A DNA stretch of 41,292 nucleotides from an uncultured bacterium (GTDB lineage Bacteria > DYJV01): positions 1 through 41,292 of the forward strand of contig CAZIZE010000064.1 of NCBI GenBank assembly GCA_964543655.1. The letters run 5' to 3'. This document shows, in pieces, positions 26,416 through 36,095 of this stretch. Below the pieces are notes generated by a model. That model was not told where the DNA came from, did not search any database, and saw only the letters and a program-made list of their open reading frames with translations. Both the position numbers and the translations under genes were made by a program. Each line of letters starts with the position of its first letter. Positions within the stretch are counted from its first letter, which is position 1.

Positions 26416-27775
26416 TTGCAAGCTCATTAATTTGATTTTCAAAAATAGTTCTTAAATCAAGTATAAAGGTATCATTTTTAATTCTTCCAATAACTGGCAA
26501 TTTACATTTTCTCAATTTTAAATCAATTTCAGAAGCAGAATAATCATCATGATTTATTTCAACAACAATTGTGGAAATTCTATTCATAGGAAATGCACCA
26601 CCACCAACATATGAGTAATCTTCCTTTAAAAAAGCTCTAATTTTTTTATTTTTAATCAATCTCTTTAATTTGTTCCCTTTTTTCCTGAGGTTATTCAATT
26701 TTTCTGTAATCAATTTTAAAGATAAAATATTATTCAATGCATTTTTCTCGTGAAAATACTCTTTAACAGTAACCTCTAAGGCACTTAAAGTGAATTTATC
26801 TATTCTTAATGCTCTATTTAAAGGATGCTTTTTCAATATTGAAATATACTTACTTTTTCCTAAAATAATTCCAGCCTGTGGTCCTCCAAGCAGTTTATCA
26901 CCGCTAAAAGTAACTAAATCCACACATTTTTTTATAATATCTTTTACAACAGGCTCCTCAGGTAATCCATAATTAGAAAGATCTATTAATGATCCACTTC
27001 CAAGATCAAATACAACAGGAATATTATGCTGCTTACCAATTGCAACAAGTTCTTCTATTTCAACAGATTGTGAAAAACCTATAATTCTGTAGTTACTTGT
27101 ATGTGCTTTTAATAAAAGTGCACTATTTTCATTAATTGCATTTAAATAATCTTTAACATGAGTTTTGTTTGTAGCTCCAACTTCTTTTAAAATTGCTCCA
27201 CTCTGCTCCATTACTTCAGGAATTCTAAAAGATCCACCTATCTCTATTAACTCTCCACGGGAAACAATTACTTCTTTTCCTTTTGCAAGAGCTGATAATA
27301 TGAGCAAAACAGCAGCAGCATTGTTATTAACAACCAAAACATCTTCACTTCCTGTTAAATCAGAAAAATATTTTATAATATTCTGATACCTGATACCCCT
27401 TTTCCCTTTGTTAATATCAAATTCAAGATTAGAATAATTTCCAGCAATTTCTGCTATATTTTTTAAAACCTTTTCAGATAGAGGAGCCCTACCAAAATTG
27501 GTATGTAAAATTATACCTGTGCCATTAATTAATTTTTTCAACTTTGAAGAAAAATAAGATTCTAATTTAATGTTAAGTTCATTAACAATATCTTCTACTA
27601 TTTTAATTTTATTAATATTCTTAATTTTTCCTGAAGAAATTTCTTTTCTAATTTCATCCAATATTTCATTTAAAAATTTCTTTACTATTGATTTTCCATA
27701 TTTCTCAATTAATTGTTTAACCTCATAATTATCAAGAATTTTATCAACTTTTGGCAAATTTTGATAAATGTTCAT
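26390..27775 (-). CDS. selA: L-seryl-tRNA(Sec) selenium transferase
   Basis: INGTGIILHTNFGRAP, VNNNAAA, SRGELIEIGGSFRIP, DLGSG, FSGDKLLGGPQAG (PLP Lys), RALRIDK. Alternative ATG at 27784. Confidence 0.97.
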   Translation of the reverse strand: MNIYQNLPKVDKILDNYEVKQLIEKYGKSIVKKFLNEILDEIRKEISSGKIKNINKIKIVEDIVNELNIKLESYFSSKLKKLINGTGIILHTNFGRAPLSEKVLKNIAEIAGNYSNLEFDINKGKRGIRYQNIIKYFSDLTGSEDVLVVNNNAAAVLLILSALAKGKEVIVSRGELIEIGGSFRIPEVMEQSGAILKEVGATNKTHVKDYLNAINENSALLLKAHTSNYRIIGFSQSVEIEELVAIGKQHNIPVVFDLGSGSLIDLSNYGLPEEPVVKDIIKKCVDLVTFSGDKLLGGPQAGIILGKSKYISILKKHPLNRALRIDKFTLSALEVTVKEYFHEKNALNNILSLKLITEKLNNLRKKGNKLKRLIKNKKIRAFLKEDYSYVGGGAFPMNRISTIVVEINHDDYSASEIDLKLRKCKLPVIGRIKNDTFILDLRTIFENQINELANVINTTLI

Positions 27776-29030
27776 TTTTCTCATCCTTAATTAAACTTCT
27801 ACAATAATCTCTAAAATTATTAACACCTATAAAAAACTCTCTCATCATAATAACCCAGAAATACTGCCCTTTTTCAGTTAAATAAAAACATTTTTCATCT
27901 TCTTTTAAAGCACCTATAAACTTAAAAAATAAAATCTCTTTAAAAAGCTTTTTATAAAATCTTTTATTATACTTTTTTTCAATAAATTCTTTGGAAAGGT
28001 TAATACCAAACAACTTTATTAAAAAATCGTACTTCATCTGCTCTAATTCTGTAAACTTTTTCTCAGCTCTTAATGGTAATTTACCTTTATCAATCATCTG
28101 AAAATATTCTGAAATTGAGAAAGTATTTGATAATATTCTACCATTGTAATATCCAAATGACCCGCTCCCTGAACCAAGATATTCGTCATAATCTATAATA
28201 TATTCATCTATCATACTCTTTTTTTTGTTAAAACACCAAGCTGTACCTGGAGTGTAACTTCCCTTTAGCTGGTTTAATATCTCAAAATATAGCAACTTTT
28301 CATTATAATAACTTAATTTTCCAAATTTCTCACAGATAATTTTTTGCGTTGAATTTGATGCCATTAAAGGATAAAATGTAACTTGATCTGCATTTAACCT
28401 TTTTATAATTTCACAATCCCGAATAACGTGCTCTTTTTTCTGAGTGGGAAAATTAAATATCATATCTATATTTAAAGTTTTAAAATGGCCAATGGTATTT
28501 TTTAATCTTTCTTCTATCTCCTCTCCACTACCATATTTGTGGTATCTCTGCATAAGCTTTAAAAGATTATTGTCGAAACTTTGCACACCAACAGATAACC
28601 TATCAACTCCACATTGTTTTAAAATTGAAATATTGTGCTCAGTAAGATGATTAGGATTGGTTTCACAAGATACTTCTTTTATAGAAAAGTTTTCTCTAAT
28701 AAAATTTATTATTTCAGCAAGCTCTTCAATAAGTATAGTTGGCGTGCCTCCCCCTATATAAGAGGAGAAAAAGTCAAAACCTTTATCTTTATAAATCTCT
28801 ATCTCTTTTTTTAAATATTTAAAATATTTGTGTGCAACCTTACTTTCAAATTTAAACCTGTTAAAAGAGCAATAGGGGCAAAGCTCTTCACAAAAAGGTA
28901 TATGAATGTAAAGTAATGGCTTTTTCTCTTTTTCAGGCTCAGGTGAATGGATATTGAAACTTCTCTCAAATATAAGATTTCTGCTGTTATACCAATTTAA
29001 ATATCTACCTATAAAATTTTCTATTAACAT
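27744..29030 (-). CDS. menK: HemN-like class C radical SAM enzyme, probable menaquinone methyltransferase (MenK/MqnK type)
   Basis: YIHIPFCEELCPYCSF, GGGTPT, ETNPNH, RLSVGVQSF, DMIFNFP, QVTFYPLM, DEY...YLGSGSGSF, C-terminal MMREFF..VNNFRDYCR. Confidence 0.75.
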   Translation of the reverse strand: MLIENFIGRYLNWYNSRNLIFERSFNIHSPEPEKEKKPLLYIHIPFCEELCPYCSFNRFKFESKVAHKYFKYLKKEIEIYKDKGFDFFSSYIGGGTPTILIEELAEIINFIRENFSIKEVSCETNPNHLTEHNISILKQCGVDRLSVGVQSFDNNLLKLMQRYHKYGSGEEIEERLKNTIGHFKTLNIDMIFNFPTQKKEHVIRDCEIIKRLNADQVTFYPLMASNSTQKIICEKFGKLSYYNEKLLYFEILNQLKGSYTPGTAWCFNKKKSMIDEYIIDYDEYLGSGSGSFGYYNGRILSNTFSISEYFQMIDKGKLPLRAEKKFTELEQMKYDFLIKLFGINLSKEFIEKKYNKRFYKKLFKEILFFKFIGALKEDEKCFYLTEKGQYFWVIMMREFFIGVNNFRDYCRSLIKDEKNEHLSKFAKS

Positions 29031-29174
29031 TAAAATTTAATATCAGGAAAAAAGAAAAAATACAAGACCATATATTGTTTGAAGTTGCAAATTTATTAAT
29101 AGTTATTTATAGAAATTTTTAAGTTCCAATACTCCACCACCTCCACACCCTGCCTCCATCATCCAAATAAAACG

Positions 29175-30512
29175 TTACTTTCTAAAAACTATCTCTGGTA
29201 AATAAGTAACAATTTTTGGGAAAAAAGCAACAATTGCAATACTAATTAACTGGATAACAACAAAAGGAATTATCCCTTTATAAATATGCCCGGTTTTTAC
29301 TTCAGGTGGTGCAACACCTTTTAAATAAAATAGAGAAAATCCAAATGGTGGTGTAAGAAATGATGTTTGCAAATTCACTGCAATAAGTACAGCAAGCCAT
29401 AAAGGATCAACTCCATAGCTTATCATAATTGGTGCAAGCACAGGTATATGAATAAAAGTAATTTCAATAAAATCAAGAAAAAAACCTGCTGTAAAAATTA
29501 TAAGCATTGTTATTGTGAGAATCCCCCATTTACCAAATGGTAAAGATTTGATTAAACCTCTAATAAACATATCACCATCCATACCTCTAAAAACAAGACC
29601 AAATGAAGTGGCACCAAGTAGTATAATAAAAACCATACAGGTTAGAAAAGTTGTTGCCTGCATTACTTCATTTAATGTTTTCATATTAAATTTACCATAA
29701 AGAATTGTTAATATAGATGCCCCAAGAGCTCCTACACCAGCAGCTTCTGTAGGGGATGCAATACCTGCAAAAATTGAGCCTAACACAGCAACCATTAATA
29801 TGAGCGGTGGCACAAGAGCCTTCATCACTCTTTTAAAAGCAACTTTTCCTTTAAAATGCTTTAACTCTTCCTCAGGCATTGGTGGAAGAGAATCAGGTCT
29901 AATAACAGAAAGGAGAAGAATCCATAAAATATACATTGCCACAAGTATGAAACCTGGCAATACTGCTCCAAGAAAAAGGTCGCCAATTGGAACATTAATA
30001 ATTGTGCCAAGCAAAACAAGAACAATACTTGGTGGTATTATCTGTCCAAGTGTACCTGATGCAGATATGACGCCAGTTGCAATTTCTGGAGAATAGTTTC
30101 TTTTCAACATTGTTGGTAAGCTGAGTAAGCCCATTGTAACAACTGTAGCTCCAACAATCCCTGTAGATGCAGCAAGTAAAGCTCCAACAACAACAACTGA
30201 AATAGCAAGACCACCCTTTAATCTACCAAAGAGCATTGCCATTGTTTCTAATAGCTCCTCAGCTATTCCACTTTTCTCAAGCATAACTCCCATGTAAATA
30301 AAAAGTGGCACTGCAAGCAAAGTAAAATTTGTCATCCTGCCCCAAAACCTAAGAGGAAGCAACTTAAAAAAATCCCATCCAAATGTAGCTCCACCAAATA
30401 TTAATCCAACTCCACCAAGTGTAAAAGCAACAGGATAGCCGCCTAAAAGTATGGCAAAAAGAAATAAAAACATAATACCAGGTAATGCTTCTTGAAATGC
30501 TGTAAAATGCAT
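29175..30512 (-). CDS. dctM: TRAP transporter large permease
   Basis: GYPVAFTL, LLAVPLF, AASTGIVGA, SGTLGQIIPPS, PTEAA, QTSFLTPPFG; AGGAG RBS. Confidence 0.95.
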   Translation of the reverse strand: MHFTAFQEALPGIMFLFLFAILLGGYPVAFTLGGVGLIFGGATFGWDFFKLLPLRFWGRMTNFTLLAVPLFIYMGVMLEKSGIAEELLETMAMLFGRLKGGLAISVVVVGALLAASTGIVGATVVTMGLLSLPTMLKRNYSPEIATGVISASGTLGQIIPPSIVLVLLGTIINVPIGDLFLGAVLPGFILVAMYILWILLLSVIRPDSLPPMPEEELKHFKGKVAFKRVMKALVPPLILMVAVLGSIFAGIASPTEAAGVGALGASILTILYGKFNMKTLNEVMQATTFLTCMVFIILLGATSFGLVFRGMDGDMFIRGLIKSLPFGKWGILTITMLIIFTAGFFLDFIEITFIHIPVLAPIMISYGVDPLWLAVLIAVNLQTSFLTPPFGFSLFYLKGVAPPEVKTGHIYKGIIPFVVIQLISIAIVAFFPKIVTYLPEIVFRK

Positions 30513-30534
30513 ACTATACTCCTAAATTAGTTTT

Positions 30535-31089
30535 TTATTCTCCATAAATTTCATTTAATTTTAATTCATTTTTATCCTGCTCTGAACCAAATATAAATAG
30601 AAAAGCCTTCCCTGCTTCAGCAAGCCCCTGAATAAAAAGTAAAATAAAACAAAGAGGAACACACGATTTTAAAAGGTATCTCATTGGAAGTCCACCAGGA
30701 TCAGGTGAAGTCTCCCTAATCATCCATGATTGGTAAACCCAATCTTTTGTAGCATAAACTACCAACACACAAAAAGGAAGAAGAAAAACAAAAGCACCAA
30801 TTAAATTTACCCAAGCTTTTACTTTTGGAGAAAATCTCGCATAAGTAATATCTACCCGAACATGCCTATCATATTTAAGTGCATATCCAGCACCTATTAG
30901 AAATATTATTGCATAAATATGCCACTCAAGCTCATACATTGCTGGATTAGTATGTTCAAATAGATATCTATTAAAAACATCATAGCATACTACAAGAACA
31001 AGAATAGTTGTAAGCCAATTAGCAACAAAACCAAATCCTTCATTAATTGCATCTGCTATTTTAATATACCATTTAATAACTTTTTTCAC
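30535..31089 (-). CDS. dctQ: TRAP transporter small permease
   Basis: 4 TM segments, ELEWH, HVRVD, ETSPDPGGLP; GTG start after AGGAGG. Confidence 0.93.
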   Translation of the reverse strand: MKKVIKWYIKIADAINEGFGFVANWLTTILVLVVCYDVFNRYLFEHTNPAMYELEWHIYAIIFLIGAGYALKYDRHVRVDITYARFSPKVKAWVNLIGAFVFLLPFCVLVVYATKDWVYQSWMIRETSPDPGGLPMRYLLKSCVPLCFILLFIQGLAEAGKAFLFIFGSEQDKNELKLNEIYGE

Positions 31090-31131
31090 TTTTTCCTCCT
31101 GCTAAAAAAATGTATACAAAATACAACCCCT

Positions 31132-31158
31132 ATTATAAAGAATTATTATTAATGTCAA
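31132..31158 (-). promoter_or_regulatory. Sigma70-like promoter for dctQM
   Basis: Minus strand TTGACA (31158-31153) and TATAAT (31137-31132), both perfect, but the spacer is only 15 nt. Confidence 0.5.
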
Positions 31159-31181
31159 GTTTAATTTTAATAAAAAATAGT

Positions 31182-33077
31182 TTAAGTTCGCAGAACCCTT
31201 TTATCTCCTTTTCTCACAGTTAATTTTACTGAATCAAAATGCTCTAAAATAGGAATCATATATTTTCTTGAAGCATTAATTATCTTTTTAAAATCTTGCA
31301 AACTTATCTCTCCATTTTTTTTCAAAAAATTAATAAGGTTTTTTTTAATTTCATTGTAAACATTGTAATCAAGAAAAAAATCTGGTTTAATTTTTACTAT
31401 TTTATTTTCTGAAATCAAAATATTTACAAAATCTGAAATTTCTTTCTCCTGTATGTTAACTTCTTTAACAATTTGGGATAAAAAAGGAGGTGTGGTTTTA
31501 CCAGATTTAATAATATTGTAAATAGATTCTTTTTTTGCTTCATCCTGTTTGTTAAGTTTAATTGAAAATTCAGATAATGACACCACTCCATTTTCTATTT
31601 TTATCTTCCCATCTTTTTTCAGCTCATTCAATATTAACTCAAAAAGATTAAAGTTTAAATCTAAATAAATTCGATGTCTCAGCTCTTCCAGGGCAATTCC
31701 CTGCTGTTTGCTATGATTTTTATGAAATTCATCAATAATTTGAAGTGCCAAATTTTTTAATTTATTAAAATTAATTTTGTTTATAAAAATATTCTTTTTG
31801 GCATCAACAACCAAAAGGTCTAATTTTTTTAGCTCATTAATTAAAATCTCTTTTCTTATGTTTAGCTTTGCCACTAATAAATCAATATCAATTCCATAAC
31901 TACCATATTTCTCAATAAGAATATCTAATTTATCTAAGAGGTCACCAGTTTCAAGAATTTTAAGATACTCAACACTCTCTTCCCTGAATCTTTTCTTTTT
32001 TTCTGGTGAGCCATCTAAAACAATTCCTCCACCAAGGGTTTTTTTATCATCAAAGCTTCTAATTATAAATCTGTCTCCATGAACATTAAAAATCTTTCTA
32101 TCAAAAATAAATTGAACAAAAGCTTCTTCTCCTGGTATTAACTCTTTTTTATTTAAAATAATTATTTTAGCTGGAACTGCATTGGTACCTGAATGATATT
32201 TAACCTGAATCCTGTTCTTTAAAGGCTTTTTATTAGATGAAAGGTAGAGCAGTTTCGCATCAACTATATTTGATGGATTAAAGTAGTCAGGTATTGTAAG
32301 AACATCTCCTCTTTTTATTTCATTTTTGGAAACACCCTGAATATTAATAGCAGTTCTGTGACCAGCAACAACTTCATCAACATGAATTCCATGAACCTGA
32401 AGATTTCTAATTTTTCCATTAATATTAACTGGTAAAATCTTTATTTCATCACCTATCTTAATTTTACCTGACATGGCAGTTCCTGTAACAATTGTGCCAA
32501 ATCCTTTTAATGTAAAAACTCTATCTATAGGTAAAACAAAATATCCATTGGAAATCTTTTCTTTAGTTTGCTTTGGAAGAGTATAAAGGTAATTTTTTAA
32601 TTCTTCAATTCCTTCATTGGTTTTAGATGAAACAAAAAAGATAGGTGCATCTTTTAAAAAATTACTTTTTTTAAAATCTATAATCTCTTCTCTAACAAGT
32701 TCTTTTATCTCTTCATCTACAAGATCAATTTTAGTTACAACTATTAATCCTTTTTTAATCCCGAGGAGATTACATATCTCCACATGCTCAACTGTCTGAG
32801 GCATAATTCCTTCATCAGCTGCAATTATTAACATTACCACATCAATACCACATACACCTGCAACCATATTTTTAATAAATCTTTCATGTCCGGGGACATC
32901 AACTATACCAATTATCTCATTGTCAGGGGTTTTTATAAAAGAAAATCCAAGCTCAATTGTAATCCCTCTTTCTTTTTCCTCTTTCAATCTATCAGTATCA
33001 ATACCTGTAAGGGATTTAATTAACGTAGTTTTTCCATGGTCAATATGTCCTGCTGTACCAAGAATAAAATCTGCCAT
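31182..33077 (-). CDS. selB: Selenocysteine-specific elongation factor
   Basis: GTAGHIDHGKT, DRLKEEKERGITI, DVPGHERF, TKID, C-terminal winged helices ending SRKYMIPILEHFD...R.GD.R; GGAGGT RBS. Confidence 0.97.
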   Translation of the reverse strand: MADFILGTAGHIDHGKTTLIKSLTGIDTDRLKEEKERGITIELGFSFIKTPDNEIIGIVDVPGHERFIKNMVAGVCGIDVVMLIIAADEGIMPQTVEHVEICNLLGIKKGLIVVTKIDLVDEEIKELVREEIIDFKKSNFLKDAPIFFVSSKTNEGIEELKNYLYTLPKQTKEKISNGYFVLPIDRVFTLKGFGTIVTGTAMSGKIKIGDEIKILPVNINGKIRNLQVHGIHVDEVVAGHRTAINIQGVSKNEIKRGDVLTIPDYFNPSNIVDAKLLYLSSNKKPLKNRIQVKYHSGTNAVPAKIIILNKKELIPGEEAFVQFIFDRKIFNVHGDRFIIRSFDDKKTLGGGIVLDGSPEKKKRFREESVEYLKILETGDLLDKLDILIEKYGSYGIDIDLLVAKLNIRKEILINELKKLDLLVVDAKKNIFINKINFNKLKNLALQIIDEFHKNHSKQQGIALEELRHRIYLDLNFNLFELILNELKKDGKIKIENGVVSLSEFSIKLNKQDEAKKESIYNIIKSGKTTPPFLSQIVKEVNIQEKEISDFVNILISENKIVKIKPDFFLDYNVYNEIKKNLINFLKKNGEISLQDFKKIINASRKYMIPILEHFDSVKLTVRKGDKRVLRT

Positions 33078-33119
33078 TGCACCTCCATCTATTATTTAAA
33101 GAAATTTCAATTAATACTA

Positions 33120-33146
33120 TTTACATTTTTACCAAAAAGATGTAAA
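33120..33146. promoter_or_regulatory. Inverted repeat TTTACAT-N13-ATGTAAA between divergent selB and the HD-GYP regulator
   Basis: 7-bp arms at 33120-33126 and 33140-33146, with extra T/A pairing inside. Confidence 0.25.
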
Positions 33147-33185
33147 GAACTTTATTTAAAATTTCACAGTATAAGGTTTGGGATT

Positions 33186-34661
33186 ATGGAAAACAAAAGA
33201 ATACTTGTTGTTGACGATGATAAAATTATTCTTGATATTGTAAAAGATGCTTTAGAAACATTTAATTTTTCTGTAGTTGCAGTAAATAACACTGATGATG
33301 CTAAAGCATTATTCGCTACAGAAGATTTTGACCTGATTCTTTGCGATCTTTTTATGGAGCCATTAAATGGTATTGATTTTGCCAAATATCTTTTCAATGA
33401 GTATCAGAAAGTCCCACCTATTATTATTATGACAGGATATGGAAATGTGGAGTCTGTTATTGAGGCAATGAAACTTGGTGTTAAAGATTACATATTAAAA
33501 CCATTTAAAATCACATCATTAATTCAGCATATTGAGAAAGCCATCAGGAATTCTGAAATAGAAAATGAAAACCTCAGATTAAAAGAGATTCTTGAAATTT
33601 ACTCAGTATCAGAGCAAATTAATAATTCACTTGAATTATCTGAAATTGCATCAGTATTTATCAAGAACTTACAAAATATTATCAAAACAGACTTAGTAGC
33701 ACTATATCTCAATAATGAATTTAATATATTAAAATGTGACAAAAATTACTTTGCTGTTAGAAAAAAATTTGAACAGATAAAACATGATCTTTTTGAAGAA
33801 CTTCCCAAAAAATTATATCTGAAAGATGTGTTAAAATATTTTACAGATAAAAAGTGGCGTTTTTATTATACAGATGAGAAATTGGACATTGGTATTGATA
33901 TGTCATATAAAAGTATAGGATTTTATTTGCTTAAAAATGCTGATAAAATAATCGGAGTTGTTCTGCTTTTAAATTTTAATGAATCATTTGAAAAAATTAA
34001 AGACAAATTTGTTCCTTTAAAAATTCTATTTGATGAAGCAGCAATTGCAATTGAAAATGGTATTCTCTATCATAAAAATCAACAGATGTTTTTAAGAACC
34101 TTACAATCACTTGCAATGACAATTGATGCTAAAGATAGTTATACTCACTATCATTCTACAAATGTTAGCAAATACTCAAAAGTCATAGCTCAAAAACTTG
34201 GTTTACCTGATGAGGAAGTTAAAAAAATCGGTTTTGGCAGTTTACTACATGACATTGGTAAAATAGGGATACCAGAAAGTATCTTAAATAAACCAACATC
34301 TTTAAATGATGAAGAATTTGAAATAATTAAGCAACATCCAATAATAGGGAAAACAATCCTTAATCCTATGAAAGAGCAATTCCCAGACATGATTGATATG
34401 ATATATTACCATCATGAGCGTTTTGATGGCAAAGGATACCCAGAAGGCATAGGTGGAGATGAAATTCCTTTAAACTCAAGGATTGTTTCTCTTGCAGACG
34501 CATTTGATGCAATGACCTCAGACCGTTCATATAGAAGGAGATTAAAATTTGATATTGTAGTTTCTGAGATTCAAAAAAACAAGGGCAAACAGTTTCATCC
34601 AGAAATAGTTGATGCTTTTTTTGATGCATTACCGGAAATTAAGGCTCTTATGAAAATTTAA
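33186..34661 (+). CDS. Response regulator: REC + GAF-like + HD-GYP phosphodiesterase
   Basis: ILVVDDD, ILCDLFMEPLNG, MTGYG, YILKPF; AKDSYTHYHS, LHDIGKIG, HHERFDGKGYP, ADAFDAMTSDRSYR. Start placed at 33186, since 33036 overlaps selB. Confidence 0.93.
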   Translation: MENKRILVVDDDKIILDIVKDALETFNFSVVAVNNTDDAKALFATEDFDLILCDLFMEPLNGIDFAKYLFNEYQKVPPIIIMTGYGNVESVIEAMKLGVKDYILKPFKITSLIQHIEKAIRNSEIENENLRLKEILEIYSVSEQINNSLELSEIASVFIKNLQNIIKTDLVALYLNNEFNILKCDKNYFAVRKKFEQIKHDLFEELPKKLYLKDVLKYFTDKKWRFYYTDEKLDIGIDMSYKSIGFYLLKNADKIIGVVLLLNFNESFEKIKDKFVPLKILFDEAAIAIENGILYHKNQQMFLRTLQSLAMTIDAKDSYTHYHSTNVSKYSKVIAQKLGLPDEEVKKIGFGSLLHDIGKIGIPESILNKPTSLNDEEFEIIKQHPIIGKTILNPMKEQFPDMIDMIYYHHERFDGKGYPEGIGGDEIPLNSRIVSLADAFDAMTSDRSYRRRLKFDIVVSEIQKNKGKQFHPEIVDAFFDALPEIKALMKI

Positions 34662-34694
34662 AAATAATAACATAATTTTAAGGGGGTAAAGTAT

Positions 34695-35102
34695 ATGGGC
34701 AATGAAAGAAAAATCAGGGTATTGGTTGCTAAACCAGGTCTTGATGGGCATGACAGAGGAGCAAAAGTGGTAGCCAGAGGGCTTAGAGATGCTGGCTTTG
34801 AAGTAATTTATACTGGACTCCATCAAACTCCAGAACAAATTGTTGCAACTGCCATTCAGGAAGATGTTGATGCAATAGGGCTCAGCAGTTTGGCAGGTGC
34901 TCATGAATATTTATTTCCAAGAGTTATGGAGCTTTTAAAAGAAAAAGGAGCTGATGATATAGTAGTATGGGGTGGCGGAATTATTCCTGAAGAGGATATT
35001 CCAAAGCTCAAAGCAATTGGGATTAAGGAGATATTTTTACCAGGAAGCAAAATTGAAGACACTGTTGAGTGGGTTAGAGCCAATGTAAAGCCAAAAGAAT
35101 AA
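34695..35102 (+). CDS. Acyl-CoA mutase small, cobalamin-binding subunit (methylmalonyl-/isobutyryl-CoA mutase type)
   Basis: [12 protein letters not shown] (DxHxxG), SSLAGAH, GGGIIP; AGGGG RBS. Confidence 0.93.
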   Translation: MGNERKIRVLVAKPGLDGHDRGAKVVARGLRDAGFEVIYTGLHQTPEQIVATAIQEDVDAIGLSSLAGAHEYLFPRVMELLKEKGADDIVVWGGGIIPEEDIPKLKAIGIKEIFLPGSKIEDTVEWVRANVKPKE

Positions 35103-35123
35103 ATTTTACAGGAGAAACCAACA

Positions 35124-36095
35124 ATGGAGGATTTTATTAAGAAATTGAGAGAAGGTGATATTAGAACTGCTGCCAGATTAATGAGGCACATTGATGATAG
35201 AACTCCAGGTTATAGAGATAAGTTAAAAAAATTATATCCATACACTGGTAATGCCTATATTATTGGGATTACAGGTGTACCAGGTGCAGGAAAAAGCACT
35301 CTTACAGATAAATTAATTTCTGAGTTTTTAGATAGAGGAGAAAAAGTTGGGGTCATAGCAATAGACCCCTCAAGCCCATTCTCAGGAGGAGCAATTTTAG
35401 GTGATAGAATAAGAATGCAATCTCATTGTGAAAATCCAGATGTATTTATTAGAAGCCTTGCTACAAGGGGTCATCTTGGTGGATTATCAAGCTCTACAAC
35501 TGAAATAATAGATGTAATGGATGCCATGGGTAAAACAGTTGTTATTGTAGAAACAGTTGGTGTTGGCCAGGATGAAATAGAAATAGTTGATACTGCTCAT
35601 ACAACTATAGTTGTGGTTATACCTGGTATGGGAGATGATATTCAGGCAATTAAAGCAGGAATACTTGAGATTGCTGATTTATTTATATTAAATAAAGCTG
35701 ATAGAGAGGGAGCTGCAAAAACTAAAAGAGAATTACAGGCTATGCTTGACCTTAGTAGAAACCTTTACAAAGATAGAAAAATACCTGACATTGCAGAAAC
35801 TGTTGCGCTTTTTAATAAAGGTGTAAAAGAGGCTGTTGATAAAATTTATGAGCATAAAAATTATCTCATAGAAACTGGAAAATTTGAAGAGCATAATAAG
35901 AAAAAAAGGGAGCTTATGTTTCTGAAATTGCTTCATGATGATTTACAGGAAAATATTTTAAAAACTTTTTACAATAAAGAGCGTGATAATTTAATTTCAC
36001 AAATTAGAGATAAAAAACTCAATCCATATGAAGTTGTTGAAGAGATTATGAATGAAATAGATTTAGAGCATTTTTGCAAAGTTCATAATGGATAA
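35124..36095 (+). CDS. meaB: Mutase-associated GTPase MeaB/ArgK
   Basis: GVPGAGKST, DPSSPFSGGAILGDRIRM, ETVGVGQDE, GDDIQAIKAG, NKAD. Confidence 0.95.
   Translation: MEDFIKKLREGDIRTAARLMRHIDDRTPGYRDKLKKLYPYTGNAYIIGITGVPGAGKSTLTDKLISEFLDRGEKVGVIAIDPSSPFSGGAILGDRIRMQSHCENPDVFIRSLATRGHLGGLSSSTTEIIDVMDAMGKTVVIVETVGVGQDEIEIVDTAHTTIVVVIPGMGDDIQAIKAGILEIADLFILNKADREGAAKTKRELQAMLDLSRNLYKDRKIPDIAETVALFNKGVKEAVDKIYEHKNYLIETGKFEEHNKKKRELMFLKLLHDDLQENILKTFYNKERDNLISQIRDKKLNPYEVVEEIMNEIDLEHFCKVHNG

Noticed and set aside
27744..29030. Calling the radical SAM gene hemN (coproporphyrinogen dehydrogenase)
   Set aside because: It lies outside the hem operon, and its QVTFYPLM and terminal RxxxR motifs fit MenK/MqnK better.
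29030..29066. Leaderless promoter for menK (TTGTAT-17-TATTAA just before the ATG); similar case upstream of murA
   Set aside because: The -10 hexamers lack the conserved final T, and such matches are common in DNA this AT-rich. It needs TSS data.
33036..33185. Cys-rich N-terminal extension (MVNMSCC...CHC) of the REC-HD-GYP ORF as a metal sensor
   Set aside because: It overlaps the selB start on the opposite strand and spans the divergent promoter region. The REC domain begins at ATG 33186.
34662..34694. Cobalamin riboswitch upstream of the B12-binding subunit
   Set aside because: Only 33 nt of AT-rich intergenic sequence, far too short.
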